Assembly (NCBI GenBank): GCA_965267315.1
Contig: OZ253949.1
Location: 806,781-870,780, forward strand
Reading direction: 5' to 3'
Origin: Parvicellaceae bacterium
GTDB taxonomy: Bacteria; Bacteroidota; Bacteroidia; Flavobacteriales_D; Parvicellaceae
DNA length: 64,000 nt
In this document: in pieces, positions 38,630 to 48,563 of the stretch
Layout of the letters: each line of letters opens with the position of its first letter
Numbering within the stretch: position 1 is the stretch's first letter
Program-made: the position numbers and the translations under genes
The notes under the pieces: generated by a model
The model's input: only the letters and a program-made list of their open reading frames with translations
Told to the model about the DNA's origin: nothing
Databases searched by the model: none

Positions 38630-40291
38630 ATGAAAAAGTTATACAGTTTAATCGTGTTCGCTCTACTTGCCGGGTCACTCAGTGCACAGTGTACTGCGAA
38701 TATATTGCTTCAGGACTCTGCGGGCTATATCTATGGCTTCAACATGTCTACAGGTGCATCATCATACGACTGGTGGGTATCTGATCCTGTCGGAAGCGGC
38801 ACCAACTACACAACCACAGATATTGTTCACGGGCCTGTTGCTGCGGGAACCTATACAGTATGTTTGTTCGCATATGATGCAGGGGGGGCGTTTTGTGACT
38901 CTACGTGCTCAACCATTACGGTAGGGGGTAGCGGCGGCGGAGCAAGTTGCAATGCTAATTTCAGTTCCAGTGCGTCCGGATTAACCGCTAGTTTCACAGA
39001 CGCATCGTCCGGATCTGCCTTTGGCTCATATTCTTACTATTGGGACTTTGGTGATGGAAATACATCGACTGTTCAAAACCCTGCTCACACTTATGGCGCA
39101 GCAGGAACATATACCGTATGTCTCACTTTTACGGATGCCTCTGTTCCTTGCACCGACACGTATTGTGCGGTGGTGACCGTTTCTTCCGGATCTGGTTCCG
39201 GTGGAGGGTCTTGTTCTATGGATTTCTCTCTGTACGATTCAGCAGGCACTATCTACGGCTTTAATAACTCTACAGGCGCTGCGGCTACTGAGTGGTATGT
39301 TTGGGGCCCCTCTGGCAGTATGAGCACTTATACTAGTTGGGATATGACTCACACAACCGGAACTTCCGGAACTTACTGGGTATGCCTTTACGGATATGAT
39401 TCTTCCGGAGCATGGTGTGATTCCACCTGTCAAACCATTAGCATTACTACTGGTGGCGGTAGTGGAGGATCGGGTTGTGCGGCAGACTTTGTTTCGTGGC
39501 CAGACTCTTCAGGAGGACATTATTTCTATGAATTCTCCAGTGGAACAGGCCTAAGCTATTACTGGGACTTTGGAGACGGAAACAGTTCTACCCTGGCTAA
39601 CCCTTATCATGCCTATGCTTCCCCTGGAACCTATACGGTGTGCTTAACAGTTTGGAACTCTTCTTGCGCAGACACTTTGTGCCAAACAATTACAGTTTCT
39701 TCCGGTGGATCCTCAACTCCTTGTGATGCTGACTTTATCTGGTTCCCTGACTCGTCGTCAAATACGGTTTACTTGTGGAACCTAGGGTCTGGGCCATCAG
39801 GTCTAAGCTATTACTGGGATTTTGGCGATGGAAATACTTCTACATCGGCTTACCCAATGCATACATATGCTTCTAACGGCACTTACACTGTATGCTTAAC
39901 GGTAACAGGCACTACAGCGCTTGGCGGCACCTGCTCAGACACCTATTGTGATTCTATTTGGGTGCCTCTTAAAGCAAGTGGGTTCACAATTAATGTTGTG
40001 GCTCCCGGTGGTCCAACTGCAATTGAGGAGCGGCCAACTTTAACCAATGGTCTGGTGTTCCCTAACCCGGTTAATGAAGCCGCGCAAATCAAGTTTTCGT
40101 CTACCTACAGTGTTTCGGCTACAATTGCGGTAAGATCTGTAGATGGTCGTATTTGCTCCACGCAAACAGTTAACGTAAACGCTGGGGAAAACACTTTCCC
40201 ATTAAATACTGCTGAACTTTCTGGTGGATTGTATCTGGTAACTATTTCAAACGGCTCGTTGCTTGGTTCTTATAAGTTTTTGAAAGAATAA
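38630..40291 (+). CDS. T9SS-secreted protein with about four PKD domains and a Por C-terminal sorting domain
   Basis: Repeated YYWDFGDGNTS PKD signatures (4 times). C-terminus LVFPNPVNEAAQIKF...GGLYLVTISNGS matches the T9SS CTD. Confidence 0.8.
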   Translation: MKKLYSLIVFALLAGSLSAQCTANILLQDSAGYIYGFNMSTGASSYDWWVSDPVGSGTNYTTTDIVHGPVAAGTYTVCLFAYDAGGAFCDSTCSTITVGGSGGGASCNANFSSSASGLTASFTDASSGSAFGSYSYYWDFGDGNTSTVQNPAHTYGAAGTYTVCLTFTDASVPCTDTYCAVVTVSSGSGSGGGSCSMDFSLYDSAGTIYGFNNSTGAAATEWYVWGPSGSMSTYTSWDMTHTTGTSGTYWVCLYGYDSSGAWCDSTCQTISITTGGGSGGSGCAADFVSWPDSSGGHYFYEFSSGTGLSYYWDFGDGNSSTLANPYHAYASPGTYTVCLTVWNSSCADTLCQTITVSSGGSSTPCDADFIWFPDSSSNTVYLWNLGSGPSGLSYYWDFGDGNTSTSAYPMHTYASNGTYTVCLTVTGTTALGGTCSDTYCDSIWVPLKASGFTINVVAPGGPTAIEERPTLTNGLVFPNPVNEAAQIKFSSTYSVSATIAVRSVDGRICSTQTVNVNAGENTFPLNTAELSGGLYLVTISNGSLLGSYKFLKE

Positions 40292-40322
40292 GCCGACGTT
40301 TTCGCGTAAGTGGCGGGTGGTG

Positions 40323-41765
40323 CTATTTTGTACCACCCGTTTTTTTGTTTATCCAGTCATGATAATTAACCAGATCTGCCCGCGCATCAGTTGAACGCAA
40401 ATTTGCCACCAGATGGCTCAACAACACTTCCTCTTTTTCGTTTCTCGCAATAATAAGTAGCGGAATTATCTGACCAAGGATGTCCTCTCTGGCGCAACCA
40501 ACTTCATTCCAGTTGATTTGGCCATAAGCCGCACGAAGCCTTCGTAGTTTGCTTTCCACAAAGTCTGAATCTTCCAGTTCTACTGCAGCCATTATTTCCA
40601 GCAACAACACCTTTATACGGAAGCCCACGTCCAGTTTTTCAAATCCATCATTCATCTGTAGCTTTATCAGCTCCTTTCGTGCGCGCTTGTAATTCTCATC
40701 ATCAAAATAATACACCGCCATTTGTAAGATGATAAATGTGAGGTTTAACGGCTCCTGCTGGATCACCTCGTCCTCCGAAGCTTCCATCAATATTTTTAAC
40801 GACTTCTGACCGTCCAGAACTGTATAGTTATAGTATAGTGAGTTGTAATAATAAAACAGGTATTTATCGTAAAGTAAGTAATTATGCTCTCGCATTGCCA
40901 CCAGCAATTTTTCTGCCCAATCCAGCGATTCCTGGTACTTCTCGTTCTTAAACAGGGCGTTGCACAGATAGGTAAGCATTTGAAGTTTCGTATCATGATT
41001 TCGCTTGTTGAATAACTTGTCTTGCTCAAAAGAAATTAGAGTTTCTTTGAGATAAGCCTCCAACGACACAAAGTCCTGGTTCTGAAGCAAAATTCGACTC
41101 ACACCATGGTAAATCTTAAACCTTACCACCGGGTTAGCTTTCAGGTTTTCCTCCGAAGAATAATCGTGGATGGTTTCGCTCAGCAAATCCAATACCGTAT
41201 CTGATTTTGAGGCATAGTTTTGCGATACCTTAATCCGGTACATCAGCATCGCCAGCAAATCATCAAGTTCACTTAGTTTATTTAGCTGGTTGCGGTTGTC
41301 ACGTTTTTTTCTGATTAATTCTTCCGGGTTATTCAATACGGTCTCGCGCTCCAGTTTTATCTGCTCGGAATATATTAGATCCAACAGTTCCAGGTTGTGG
41401 ATTTGATGTGCTTTCCTTTCAGCACGGCCTAAATAATGTCTGGTTATTTCGTACTCTCTTTTACTAAAGAAATGACTTGCCAATAAATAGTCATTGATCA
41501 CGTCTTGCTCGGCCGAACTCTTTGAGTGTTGTACAAGCAAGCTCTTGCCGATATCTTCTTTCAGGCGGTTCTTAAGCCTGTAAAAACTATTTTTGTTGTC
41601 TCCATAAAGCTTTGTAGCCACTTGCGCCTCATCTTTCTGGAATTTACGCAACTGGTCAAATAAATAAATGTCCTTCCGGTCCGCACTCTCATTGGTTCGG
41701 TTCAGGAACAGCTTTACGTTCCTTACCTCATCTTTCGTAAGGCTTTCTATTATTTTTTGAAGCAT
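40323..41765 (-). CDS. Hypothetical all-alpha-helical cytoplasmic protein
   Basis: 480-aa ORF with no TM, no nucleotide-binding motifs and no family I can name. Confidence 0.45.
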   Translation of the reverse strand: MLQKIIESLTKDEVRNVKLFLNRTNESADRKDIYLFDQLRKFQKDEAQVATKLYGDNKNSFYRLKNRLKEDIGKSLLVQHSKSSAEQDVINDYLLASHFFSKREYEITRHYLGRAERKAHQIHNLELLDLIYSEQIKLERETVLNNPEELIRKKRDNRNQLNKLSELDDLLAMLMYRIKVSQNYASKSDTVLDLLSETIHDYSSEENLKANPVVRFKIYHGVSRILLQNQDFVSLEAYLKETLISFEQDKLFNKRNHDTKLQMLTYLCNALFKNEKYQESLDWAEKLLVAMREHNYLLYDKYLFYYYNSLYYNYTVLDGQKSLKILMEASEDEVIQQEPLNLTFIILQMAVYYFDDENYKRARKELIKLQMNDGFEKLDVGFRIKVLLLEIMAAVELEDSDFVESKLRRLRAAYGQINWNEVGCAREDILGQIIPLLIIARNEKEEVLLSHLVANLRSTDARADLVNYHDWINKKTGGTK

Positions 41766-41923
41766 TTTATGTCTTTGAACACGTAAGGTAAGAAGAAATT
41801 TCTTGAAACATTATTTAATGTGTATTGGTAGATTTGGATGAACGTGCCTGGCTAAGTCGCTTGCTGCAGCAATTCCTAACCGGGCACTAGAAATTGAAAC
41901 ATTGGCTGTGAGGGAGCCAACAA

Positions 41924-42607
41924 ATGACTGAAATTATGAAAACGATATTCTCGGTATTCCTTCTGTTCCTAAGTTCGCTAACTTTTGCGCAGCTCAACTT
42001 ATCAGCTATTCAAGTCGACAGCCAATGGCCAGACACCACAATAGTCGATTCATCACACATTTTCAATGTGGTTATCATGAACGACACAACAGTTACATAC
42101 AATGACTCGTTGTGGTTGCACTTTTCAGTAGACTCAGGCAGCACCGGGTCGTTTGACACACCGGACTCGGTAAAATTGGGCAGCGCTTTCGGCACCGTAA
42201 CCATCGCCGGGCTAGATACGGCCTCTTTTCCGGTGATGCACACGTTCTCCTCTTTACGTTATGCACCAGGAAACAATGTGGTGGTCATTTGGCCAGCCAA
42301 TGGTGGGGAACACGGAGATTCGTTGTTTTTGGATGTTTATGTGCTTTACCCGAGCAGCCTGGCTGAAATAGATATTTCCAACCACCTATCTGTTTATCCG
42401 AATCCGTTTGATTCGGAGATAACAATTAACAACCTACTGTCTTCCGGTCAGCTCACTTATCGCTTATTTGATGTCTCTGGAAAACTTGTGGAGTTGGGTT
42501 CTATACTTCAGCCAACCATGAATCTGACACATTTAAATCAAGGGGTGTACCAACTTCAGGTTTTTGGACCGGATTTTCAGCACACTATTCGCATATTGAA
42601 GCGATAA
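41924..42607 (+). CDS. Small T9SS cargo protein with Por C-terminal sorting domain
   Basis: Signal peptide. C-terminus LSVYPNPFDSEITINN...GVYQLQVFGPDFQHTIRILKR is a T9SS CTD. Confidence 0.7.
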   Translation: MTEIMKTIFSVFLLFLSSLTFAQLNLSAIQVDSQWPDTTIVDSSHIFNVVIMNDTTVTYNDSLWLHFSVDSGSTGSFDTPDSVKLGSAFGTVTIAGLDTASFPVMHTFSSLRYAPGNNVVVIWPANGGEHGDSLFLDVYVLYPSSLAEIDISNHLSVYPNPFDSEITINNLLSSGQLTYRLFDVSGKLVELGSILQPTMNLTHLNQGVYQLQVFGPDFQHTIRILKR

Positions 42608-42864
42608 GCCAATGGTACACCTGGTTGTGTAGCACGAGTGAATTGGATGCCTTATTAAAATTTGAGGTGCAACCTGTACCCACCACCTTTGTTTAGTGAG
42701 TACATTGCTGAAGAAAATTTCAGCTTCAAATTAAGTTTCTGTATAAATACGGCCCTGTTCTTTGCCTAGCAGGCACCTGGTTACTTATCTCATGGATCGT
42801 TGGTGTTGAAGGGGAGTTTCCTCTAAATGATGATTGGAGTTATTCAAAAACTACAGCCAATCTT

Positions 42865-44346
42865 GTGCTGGAAGGACGGTTAGAAATCATTGACTGGGCG
42901 GAAATGACTCTGGTTGGACATGTTTTCTGGGGGGCTCTGTTTTCAAAGATTTTTGGTTTTTCCCTTACGGTACTCCGGTGCTCAACATTGGTGCTAGGTG
43001 GCCTGGCCGTGATCGGTTTGTATTGTATTAGCAGATCAATAGGGTGGAATAAATGGTGGAGCTTTTGTGCGGCATTATTGCTTGCTGTAAATCCAATATT
43101 TCTGGGTTTAAGCTTTACCTATATGACGGATGTTCCGTTTACGTGCTTTTTTATTTGGTCCACCTATTTTTTTGTGCGCGCATATAAATCAGGTAGTTGG
43201 TTACCACTTTTGCTGGCTTCTTTGATTTGCGTCTGGGCAATGCTTATCAGACAGCTCGCATTGGTCTTACCCGTGGCATGGCTAGTTGCGTCTTTACTTC
43301 AAAATCGCAAGTTTAAATCAATTAAAGCCATTGTTCCTTTGGCTGTGCTGGTGGCTTGCTACTTTGTATACACCCAGGTGATGAGTGCCTATGAACTGCT
43401 ACCCGAAACATTTAACAGGCGCTTAACGTCCACGACCGGCCCACTGGCAAGTTTTTCAGGGAAATCCCTATTAAATATTGGCGGCTACTTCCTCCTCGCG
43501 TTTGCATATTTGGGGTTTCTTTTTGCTCCGCTTTTTCCCTGGCCAAAAAAAATAAGTGCCGTGTTAAAATGGCGTTCACTAGGGATAGTGGCTGTCGCCA
43601 TATCAATTACGGCAGCGTTGGTGTTGAGTAATAAAAGCATTCCATCTTTAGACAATATCTGGATTGACTTTGGTATTGGTCCTTCGTCCCTGGCGGATGG
43701 CTATGGTAGCTTTAAACAAACACCTCCGCCCAACTTGCCCACAATTTTGAGAGCCGGTATCACTTTCGTTGGAGTGCTATCTGCGTGTTTGCTCTTTGTG
43801 GTTACATTGTTGCGATTAAAAAGATGGGTGGTTAATAAGAGCAATCCCGGGTTCTTATCCGTTATGGGTAGTGTGGGCATCCTGGTCTATCTTGCACCAT
43901 TCTTGGTCTTTGGACTCTACGATCGTTATCTCCTGCCGCTGATTCCTCTGTTAATTCTGGTTTTGCCGCTTAGAAGCTCACTGTCTTTCACATCCGGAAA
44001 AATGAAATTGTTGACGGCTGTATTTATATCCGGGATGGGGTGGTTCTCGGTATGCGCGACTCACGACTACTTATCATGGAACAGAGTTCGTTGGAGTGTT
44101 ATTGAAGAGTTGCGCTCTAAAGGTGTGGCAGCACACCAAATTGACGGTGGTGCTGAATACGTTTGCCAAACCTTATTTGATCCTAAGAAGCAAAAATGGT
44201 GGGAAGACTTGAGTCCCAAATATGTTTTGTCATTTCAACCCACGTTCGGTGAGGTGCTCGGCGAATTTAATTATGATCGTTGGCTGCCGGGAGAAGGTAA
44301 AATTTACCTGTTGAAAGCGGATTCTAACGCAGTGAAAAGCCATTGA
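42865..44346 (+). CDS. GT-C fold glycosyltransferase (ArnT/PMT-like) integral membrane protein; start uncertain (GTG, no in-frame ATG upstream)
   Basis: About 12 TM helices. TYMTDVPFTCFFIWSTYFFVRAYKSG region typical of the ArnT/PMT_2 family. The reading frame is open for 51 more codons upstream (to 42712) with no ATG. Confidence 0.6.
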   Translation: MLEGRLEIIDWAEMTLVGHVFWGALFSKIFGFSLTVLRCSTLVLGGLAVIGLYCISRSIGWNKWWSFCAALLLAVNPIFLGLSFTYMTDVPFTCFFIWSTYFFVRAYKSGSWLPLLLASLICVWAMLIRQLALVLPVAWLVASLLQNRKFKSIKAIVPLAVLVACYFVYTQVMSAYELLPETFNRRLTSTTGPLASFSGKSLLNIGGYFLLAFAYLGFLFAPLFPWPKKISAVLKWRSLGIVAVAISITAALVLSNKSIPSLDNIWIDFGIGPSSLADGYGSFKQTPPPNLPTILRAGITFVGVLSACLLFVVTLLRLKRWVVNKSNPGFLSVMGSVGILVYLAPFLVFGLYDRYLLPLIPLLILVLPLRSSLSFTSGKMKLLTAVFISGMGWFSVCATHDYLSWNRVRWSVIEELRSKGVAAHQIDGGAEYVCQTLFDPKKQKWWEDLSPKYVLSFQPTFGEVLGEFNYDRWLPGEGKIYLLKADSNAVKSH

Positions 44347-44432
44347 GCCCTGTAAACTCTATATAGTTTATAACTTTGATCGTATTAACAATCTACCAAG
44401 GCGACTAACGAATTGGTTAAAACTCAAACTAA

Positions 44433-44579
44433 ATGAAAAAACTACTGTATTTATTCTTTTTACCACTAACAATGATTGCCATTACTTCGACTGTTACATC
44501 ATGCGGCGAAGAAGAAGAGGATAGCGCTTTGGAAGAAGCGGCCGACGAAGTTGACGACGCGGTTGATGAGTTTGATTGA
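44433..44579 (+). CDS. Small (48 aa) acidic lipoprotein, not in ORF track
   Basis: My own translation: MKKLLYLFFLPLTMIAITSTVTSCGEEEEDSALEEAADEVDDAVDEFD. It has a signal peptide with lipobox and an acidic tail, followed by a GCGGCC...GGCCGC hairpin. Confidence 0.35.
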   Translation: MKKLLYLFFLPLTMIAITSTVTSCGEEEEDSALEEAADEVDDAVDEFD

Positions 44580-44638
44580 CTTTTTTGCGGCCTCCATAAA
44601 ACCTTGTCATTGAGTTCTGGGGGCCGCACTTTTCTTCC

Positions 44639-45310
44639 TTATTCTATACACTCGGGCTTGTTCCACTTATAGTCTATCGGGCGATCAATATAAAAAGCGC
44701 CCTCTACCAAAACATCTTGAAAAATGTTAGTTTCAAAAGCGTAGCAGTCTGCCCATTTAACAGGCCAGTCACTTCTGGTAATTCTAGTTCGATATAAATG
44801 TTTTCCCGAAACAAAGTAAGCCCGATCCAGGCTCCGTACCCTGTCGTACAATTCTGTTGAACCAATTTTCGGACTGCTAATATCAATTGCAAAGCGCAAA
44901 AAATCTTGATCCGACTTCACAGAATACTCCGGGTCAGATATTCTAATCTGCGACTGCTCAAGGTTATAATTCGTTAGTATCCGCCCACCTGTCACCATTA
45001 AGTAATTATCAGTGTAGGATTGATAGAAGTAAACCCCTTGATCCTCTCCGGAGTCATTGTGCTCGGCGTCGGCCACGCACATTCTGAGAGCAACATGATG
45101 ATAATTAAACGGTATTGGCATTACGTTGGCTTGCATTCCTGTTAAGTTCACACTAACCAATGAAAACATGATGCGCCCATTTTCAATAATTGGTATAATA
45201 CCATTTGGAAGTTTGGGCAACACTTCTTCTTTCGGAACTGAAAAGCATATTAACCTAACATCGTGAAGTGTGCCTGTATAGGTTATGGGTAGTTTTTTGA
45301 GTGCTCTCAT
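44639..45310 (-). CDS. Hypothetical protein (possibly DUF2071/YqjF-like)
   Basis: 223-aa ORF, terminal gene of the 49073 to 44639 minus-strand operon. ATGA overlap with the upstream gene. Confidence 0.45.
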   Translation of the reverse strand: MRALKKLPITYTGTLHDVRLICFSVPKEEVLPKLPNGIIPIIENGRIMFSLVSVNLTGMQANVMPIPFNYHHVALRMCVADAEHNDSGEDQGVYFYQSYTDNYLMVTGGRILTNYNLEQSQIRISDPEYSVKSDQDFLRFAIDISSPKIGSTELYDRVRSLDRAYFVSGKHLYRTRITRSDWPVKWADCYAFETNIFQDVLVEGAFYIDRPIDYKWNKPECIE

Positions 45311-46113
45311 ATTAGATGTATATAATCAAACCAGGTAAGAACTGTTGTGGACGTGCCTAGCAAGCAACCTAGCCATACGAAATAAAGCCCTGTTCGTTTG
45401 GCTCTTCCCATCCTTCTGATCATTTGAAAATTCATATCTATAAATGAGGTTATAATGAACAGCGCCATCGCATAACTGGCGATTGGCCAAAAGCCTAAAA
45501 ACGGTATGCAAAACCCAAATATCACGACCCCCCTGAACATGACAATGCTCGTGTGTCCGGCAACTCGCATCCTTTCTTCCCGTGAGGATATTAGCAACGT
45601 GCTTGCAAAAAACAAAACCCACCCAAGTCCGATCGCCAATAGTATAGGCGTAGGGGTTGTAAACTGCAGAGCAAAAAGACCAGTTACGATGGTAGAAGTA
45701 ACAACGCAAAACATGATCAGGACCCATCTATACCCTGCATGATATTTAGCTTGTGTTTCGGGTTTTTTCGTTCGGTAGCTCTTTGCAATAAACTGCCTGT
45801 TATATGCGATGGTTTTATAAATATGCCTGGCCACAGGATAAATTACTTTAGAACTAACAATTCTTGCCATAAGAGGGCGCTTCTTTCGAAGCAAATAAAT
45901 GAGTGTATCTACTCCATAAATCGTTCTGTCCTCATCAGGCAGGTACAAAGGCATTTCGTTTCTGGCTCGATTTTCATCGATTTTATTATTCTGCCCCATT
46001 GTGGTTAACCCACAAATTTGACCTTCGGGAAGCACCCCGTTTTTCAGAAACTTCTCCGAGTAGTGGCTACACATGGAGCAATTATCATCATAGAATAGTT
46101 GTTCGTTTGCCAT
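45307..46113 (-). CDS. DCC-family (DUF393) thiol-disulfide oxidoreductase domain fused to a multi-TM membrane domain
   Basis: N-terminal YDDNCSMCSHY (DUF393 CxxC pattern) followed by 4-5 TM helices. Confidence 0.5.
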   Translation of the reverse strand: MANEQLFYDDNCSMCSHYSEKFLKNGVLPEGQICGLTTMGQNNKIDENRARNEMPLYLPDEDRTIYGVDTLIYLLRKKRPLMARIVSSKVIYPVARHIYKTIAYNRQFIAKSYRTKKPETQAKYHAGYRWVLIMFCVVTSTIVTGLFALQFTTPTPILLAIGLGWVLFFASTLLISSREERMRVAGHTSIVMFRGVVIFGFCIPFLGFWPIASYAMALFIITSFIDMNFQMIRRMGRAKRTGLYFVWLGCLLGTSTTVLTWFDYIHLI

Positions 46114-46115
46114 GT

Positions 46116-46904
46116 TTAAAAAGTTTGTTTCTTATTCCATTCCGGATAAGCGTCATCAATCCGTTTTGCCAGTTCTTTAAGTTTAATGGTTGGCACCGCG
46201 GGGAATAAATGGTGTTCCAGATGGTAAAACATACTGAAGGAGACCCTATTCTTCCAGCCCTTTCTTTGTGTTCTGGCAATTTCATGCTCTTCCAGATCAT
46301 GATGTACCGTCCAAACGGCGAAAAAACCGGATAGTATCTCTCCTGTGCACATTACAATGATGTGATAAATGAGAAAATGCCACTGAAAGTAGATCGACGC
46401 AGCGCCAAAAAATGTGAGAGCAATTAGCTCAAGGATTATTCGTTTTCGGGTGTCACGTGAACCTCCTTTTAATGCTTCCGCATGAATTTGCCATATATGG
46501 ATGGGTCCGCAAAGCAATGCCTCGTACCATTTCAGTTTGGCAGTTCTTCCTTCTACGTCTTGTGGTTCCAGGCAATATTTATGATGCCTTAGGTGGTTGT
46601 ACTTTACGGCATGCATAGATGCTAACATGAGTACGCTGTTTCCAAAAAGCGTAACCCAGGTGAGAAAATGGCCCGTGCCCAGCGACCTGTGAAAACCATT
46701 ATGTGATTGCCTCAGAGCAGTTAGAAAGAACACAAGGGAAAAAGGAGCCGCCATCAGATACCATTCAAAATAGGCCAAAAGCAACGATGCTCCCAACCAG
46801 GGCAATGTGATATTGTTCTCAATCAGCATTTCCTTTGTAGACAGTTTCACAAGGTCTTGCCAGTGAACAGCTTTAACTAGTTTATGATGGTCCATAACGG
46901 CCAC
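46116..46904 (-). CDS. Membrane fatty-acid-desaturase-family di-iron enzyme (CrtW/sphingolipid-desaturase-like)
   Basis: Three His boxes: HNGFH, HLRHH, HLEHHLFPAVP. 4 TM helices. Confidence 0.7.
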   Translation of the reverse strand: MAVMDHHKLVKAVHWQDLVKLSTKEMLIENNITLPWLGASLLLAYFEWYLMAAPFSLVFFLTALRQSHNGFHRSLGTGHFLTWVTLFGNSVLMLASMHAVKYNHLRHHKYCLEPQDVEGRTAKLKWYEALLCGPIHIWQIHAEALKGGSRDTRKRIILELIALTFFGAASIYFQWHFLIYHIIVMCTGEILSGFFAVWTVHHDLEEHEIARTQRKGWKNRVSFSMFYHLEHHLFPAVPTIKLKELAKRIDDAYPEWNKKQTF

Positions 46905-46915
46905 TCCTTTCAGTT

Positions 46916-47344
46916 TTACTGTGGTTGATTTTGAGCCCAGGCTTTCTTTGACGCCTCATAATCTGCACGGATTCGAGCATCTTCCTGACTGTCCCTTGCT
47001 TTCTTTCTTAACCGGAAGAAGACGAACAGGTTGAAAAAGTGCATAAAGCCGAGCACTAAAATGATTAGCCCGAGCTTTACACTCAAAACCTCTATCATTT
47101 CTTGAGCAGACAATACAGTAGAGGTGGTTTTCAGAGCAAAGACCGTGTACCCGAAATTGATAAGGTAAAAACCCGTGAGTAAGAGCTTGTTTACACTATT
47201 TGCCAGATCCTGTTGGCCACTGAAAATATCAATCAGAAAAATTTTACCGTTTTTGAAAAGGGTTCTTGCTACCCAAACGGTTAATCCTATAGCTATCGCG
47301 GTATAGGCAATATACAAGATGACTTTATAATCCATAATGTTCAA
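46916..47344 (-). CDS. Small 4-TM membrane protein
   Basis: 142-aa hydrophobic ORF, translationally coupled (20-nt overlap) with the upstream ORF. Confidence 0.45.
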   Translation of the reverse strand: MNIMDYKVILYIAYTAIAIGLTVWVARTLFKNGKIFLIDIFSGQQDLANSVNKLLLTGFYLINFGYTVFALKTTSTVLSAQEMIEVLSVKLGLIILVLGFMHFFNLFVFFRLRKKARDSQEDARIRADYEASKKAWAQNQPQ

Positions 47345-47750
47345 CTTTAGTTTTATTTGTTGTTTTTGATGATTGTTCCTTTGCTAAGCGGACACACACG
47401 CAAAAGGCCGAAACGACCAGAATTTCAATACAGTGCAACTTCCAGGTTCCCAACATTACATCTTCGTTCGGGTGAGCAAATAAGTGAATCATCGACACTA
47501 CCGCGAAAACAATAATCGCCGCTGCCACGTATTCAGCCAATCTGGTCCTGGCTATTCCAAAAACCAGTATTCCCGAGATGAATAATGGGAAGTTTAGGCC
47601 CAGCTGATTAAAGCCGTCTTTGGGTATGGTTAGCCAATCCAATAAATACTCATCTGCTGCAATTATTGGCAATTGTATCACCGGATAGCTTATCACACAC
47701 AAGGCGATCACCAATAAGACCCACATAATTTCTTTGGTTGGAATTCGCAT
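47325..47750 (-). CDS. Small 4-TM membrane protein
   Basis: 141-aa hydrophobic ORF in the operon. Confidence 0.45.
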   Translation of the reverse strand: MRIPTKEIMWVLLVIALCVISYPVIQLPIIAADEYLLDWLTIPKDGFNQLGLNFPLFISGILVFGIARTRLAEYVAAAIIVFAVVSMIHLFAHPNEDVMLGTWKLHCIEILVVSAFCVCVRLAKEQSSKTTNKTKVEHYGL

Positions 47751-47754
47751 TTTT

Positions 47755-48156
47755 CTACATGTTAATTATTGTCTTTGCGTTTGGATCGTACTCCTTTGAT
47801 TTTTCGGCGGCCTCATGAACATTGATACCATTTATTCCCGAAGCAACAAGGGCCATTAGTACGTGCCACAAAGCGGCAAAACCGAGGTAATATGAAAGCA
47901 CCTGAGAGATTGCGAGAACAGGATGCTCTGCGCCCTGAGAATAATAGCGCAGGGTAAATAATGCCGATGCTAAAAGCACCAGTCCGTAAACAAGCACCAA
48001 AGAACCTCTCAGTGCCTGATGAATGGTCTTTACGGATCGTAAGTAGAGCCATATCATAAACAATGCTAAGCCGCCTGTAATGATCAAATGGGGTGTAAAC
48101 AATGTGGTAATCATAGCCAGTGTTTTAGAAATCAATATTGTTGAGAAACCTACCAC
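47755..48156 (-). CDS. Small 4-TM membrane protein
   Basis: 133-aa hydrophobic ORF in the operon. Confidence 0.45.
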   Translation of the reverse strand: MVGFSTILISKTLAMITTLFTPHLIITGGLALFMIWLYLRSVKTIHQALRGSLVLVYGLVLLASALFTLRYYSQGAEHPVLAISQVLSYYLGFAALWHVLMALVASGINGINVHEAAEKSKEYDPNAKTIINM

Positions 48157-48511
48157 GCTGGTAACCAGCGCTTGGGTTCTGCGCGAAGGCTCTCAGGTAA
48201 GCAATTATGGTACAATAGATGGCAAAAAGCCAGGGCAGAACGAAAAGCCAAAAAGTCAACAGTTCTGTGGTTTCAAAATAGATCAGCCCGCTTAGCACCC
48301 CAAAATAGATTCCCACACTCAACCAATAAACCTGTATAAGCATCCTGTCTCTTCGGGTTAATCTGCTAACGTTGATAACAGCAATCAATGAACTGACTAA
48401 CTGGTAGATTCCGATAAATGGCAATAAGAAAGGTGTAAGCCCTTCTATGATTACGATGAATGCACACAAAACCATCGCCGCTGTTTGTATAATAGCATCT
48501 GCTTTTTTCAT
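48125..48511 (-). CDS. Small 4-TM membrane protein
   Basis: 128-aa hydrophobic ORF. 32-nt overlap with the downstream gene. Confidence 0.45.
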   Translation of the reverse strand: MKKADAIIQTAAMVLCAFIVIIEGLTPFLLPFIGIYQLVSSLIAVINVSRLTRRDRMLIQVYWLSVGIYFGVLSGLIYFETTELLTFWLFVLPWLFAIYCTIIAYLRAFAQNPSAGYQRGRFLNNIDF

Positions 48512-48563
48512 CTCTTTTATTTTATACTTTCAGTAATTTTTGAAAGTTTTTATTTAAATTTTT

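Noticed and set aside
44429-44629. 66-aa minus-strand ORF in the track
   Set aside because: It is a Ser-rich low-complexity frame antisense to a better plus-strand 48-aa lipoprotein ORF, and lies in a terminator region between convergent genes.
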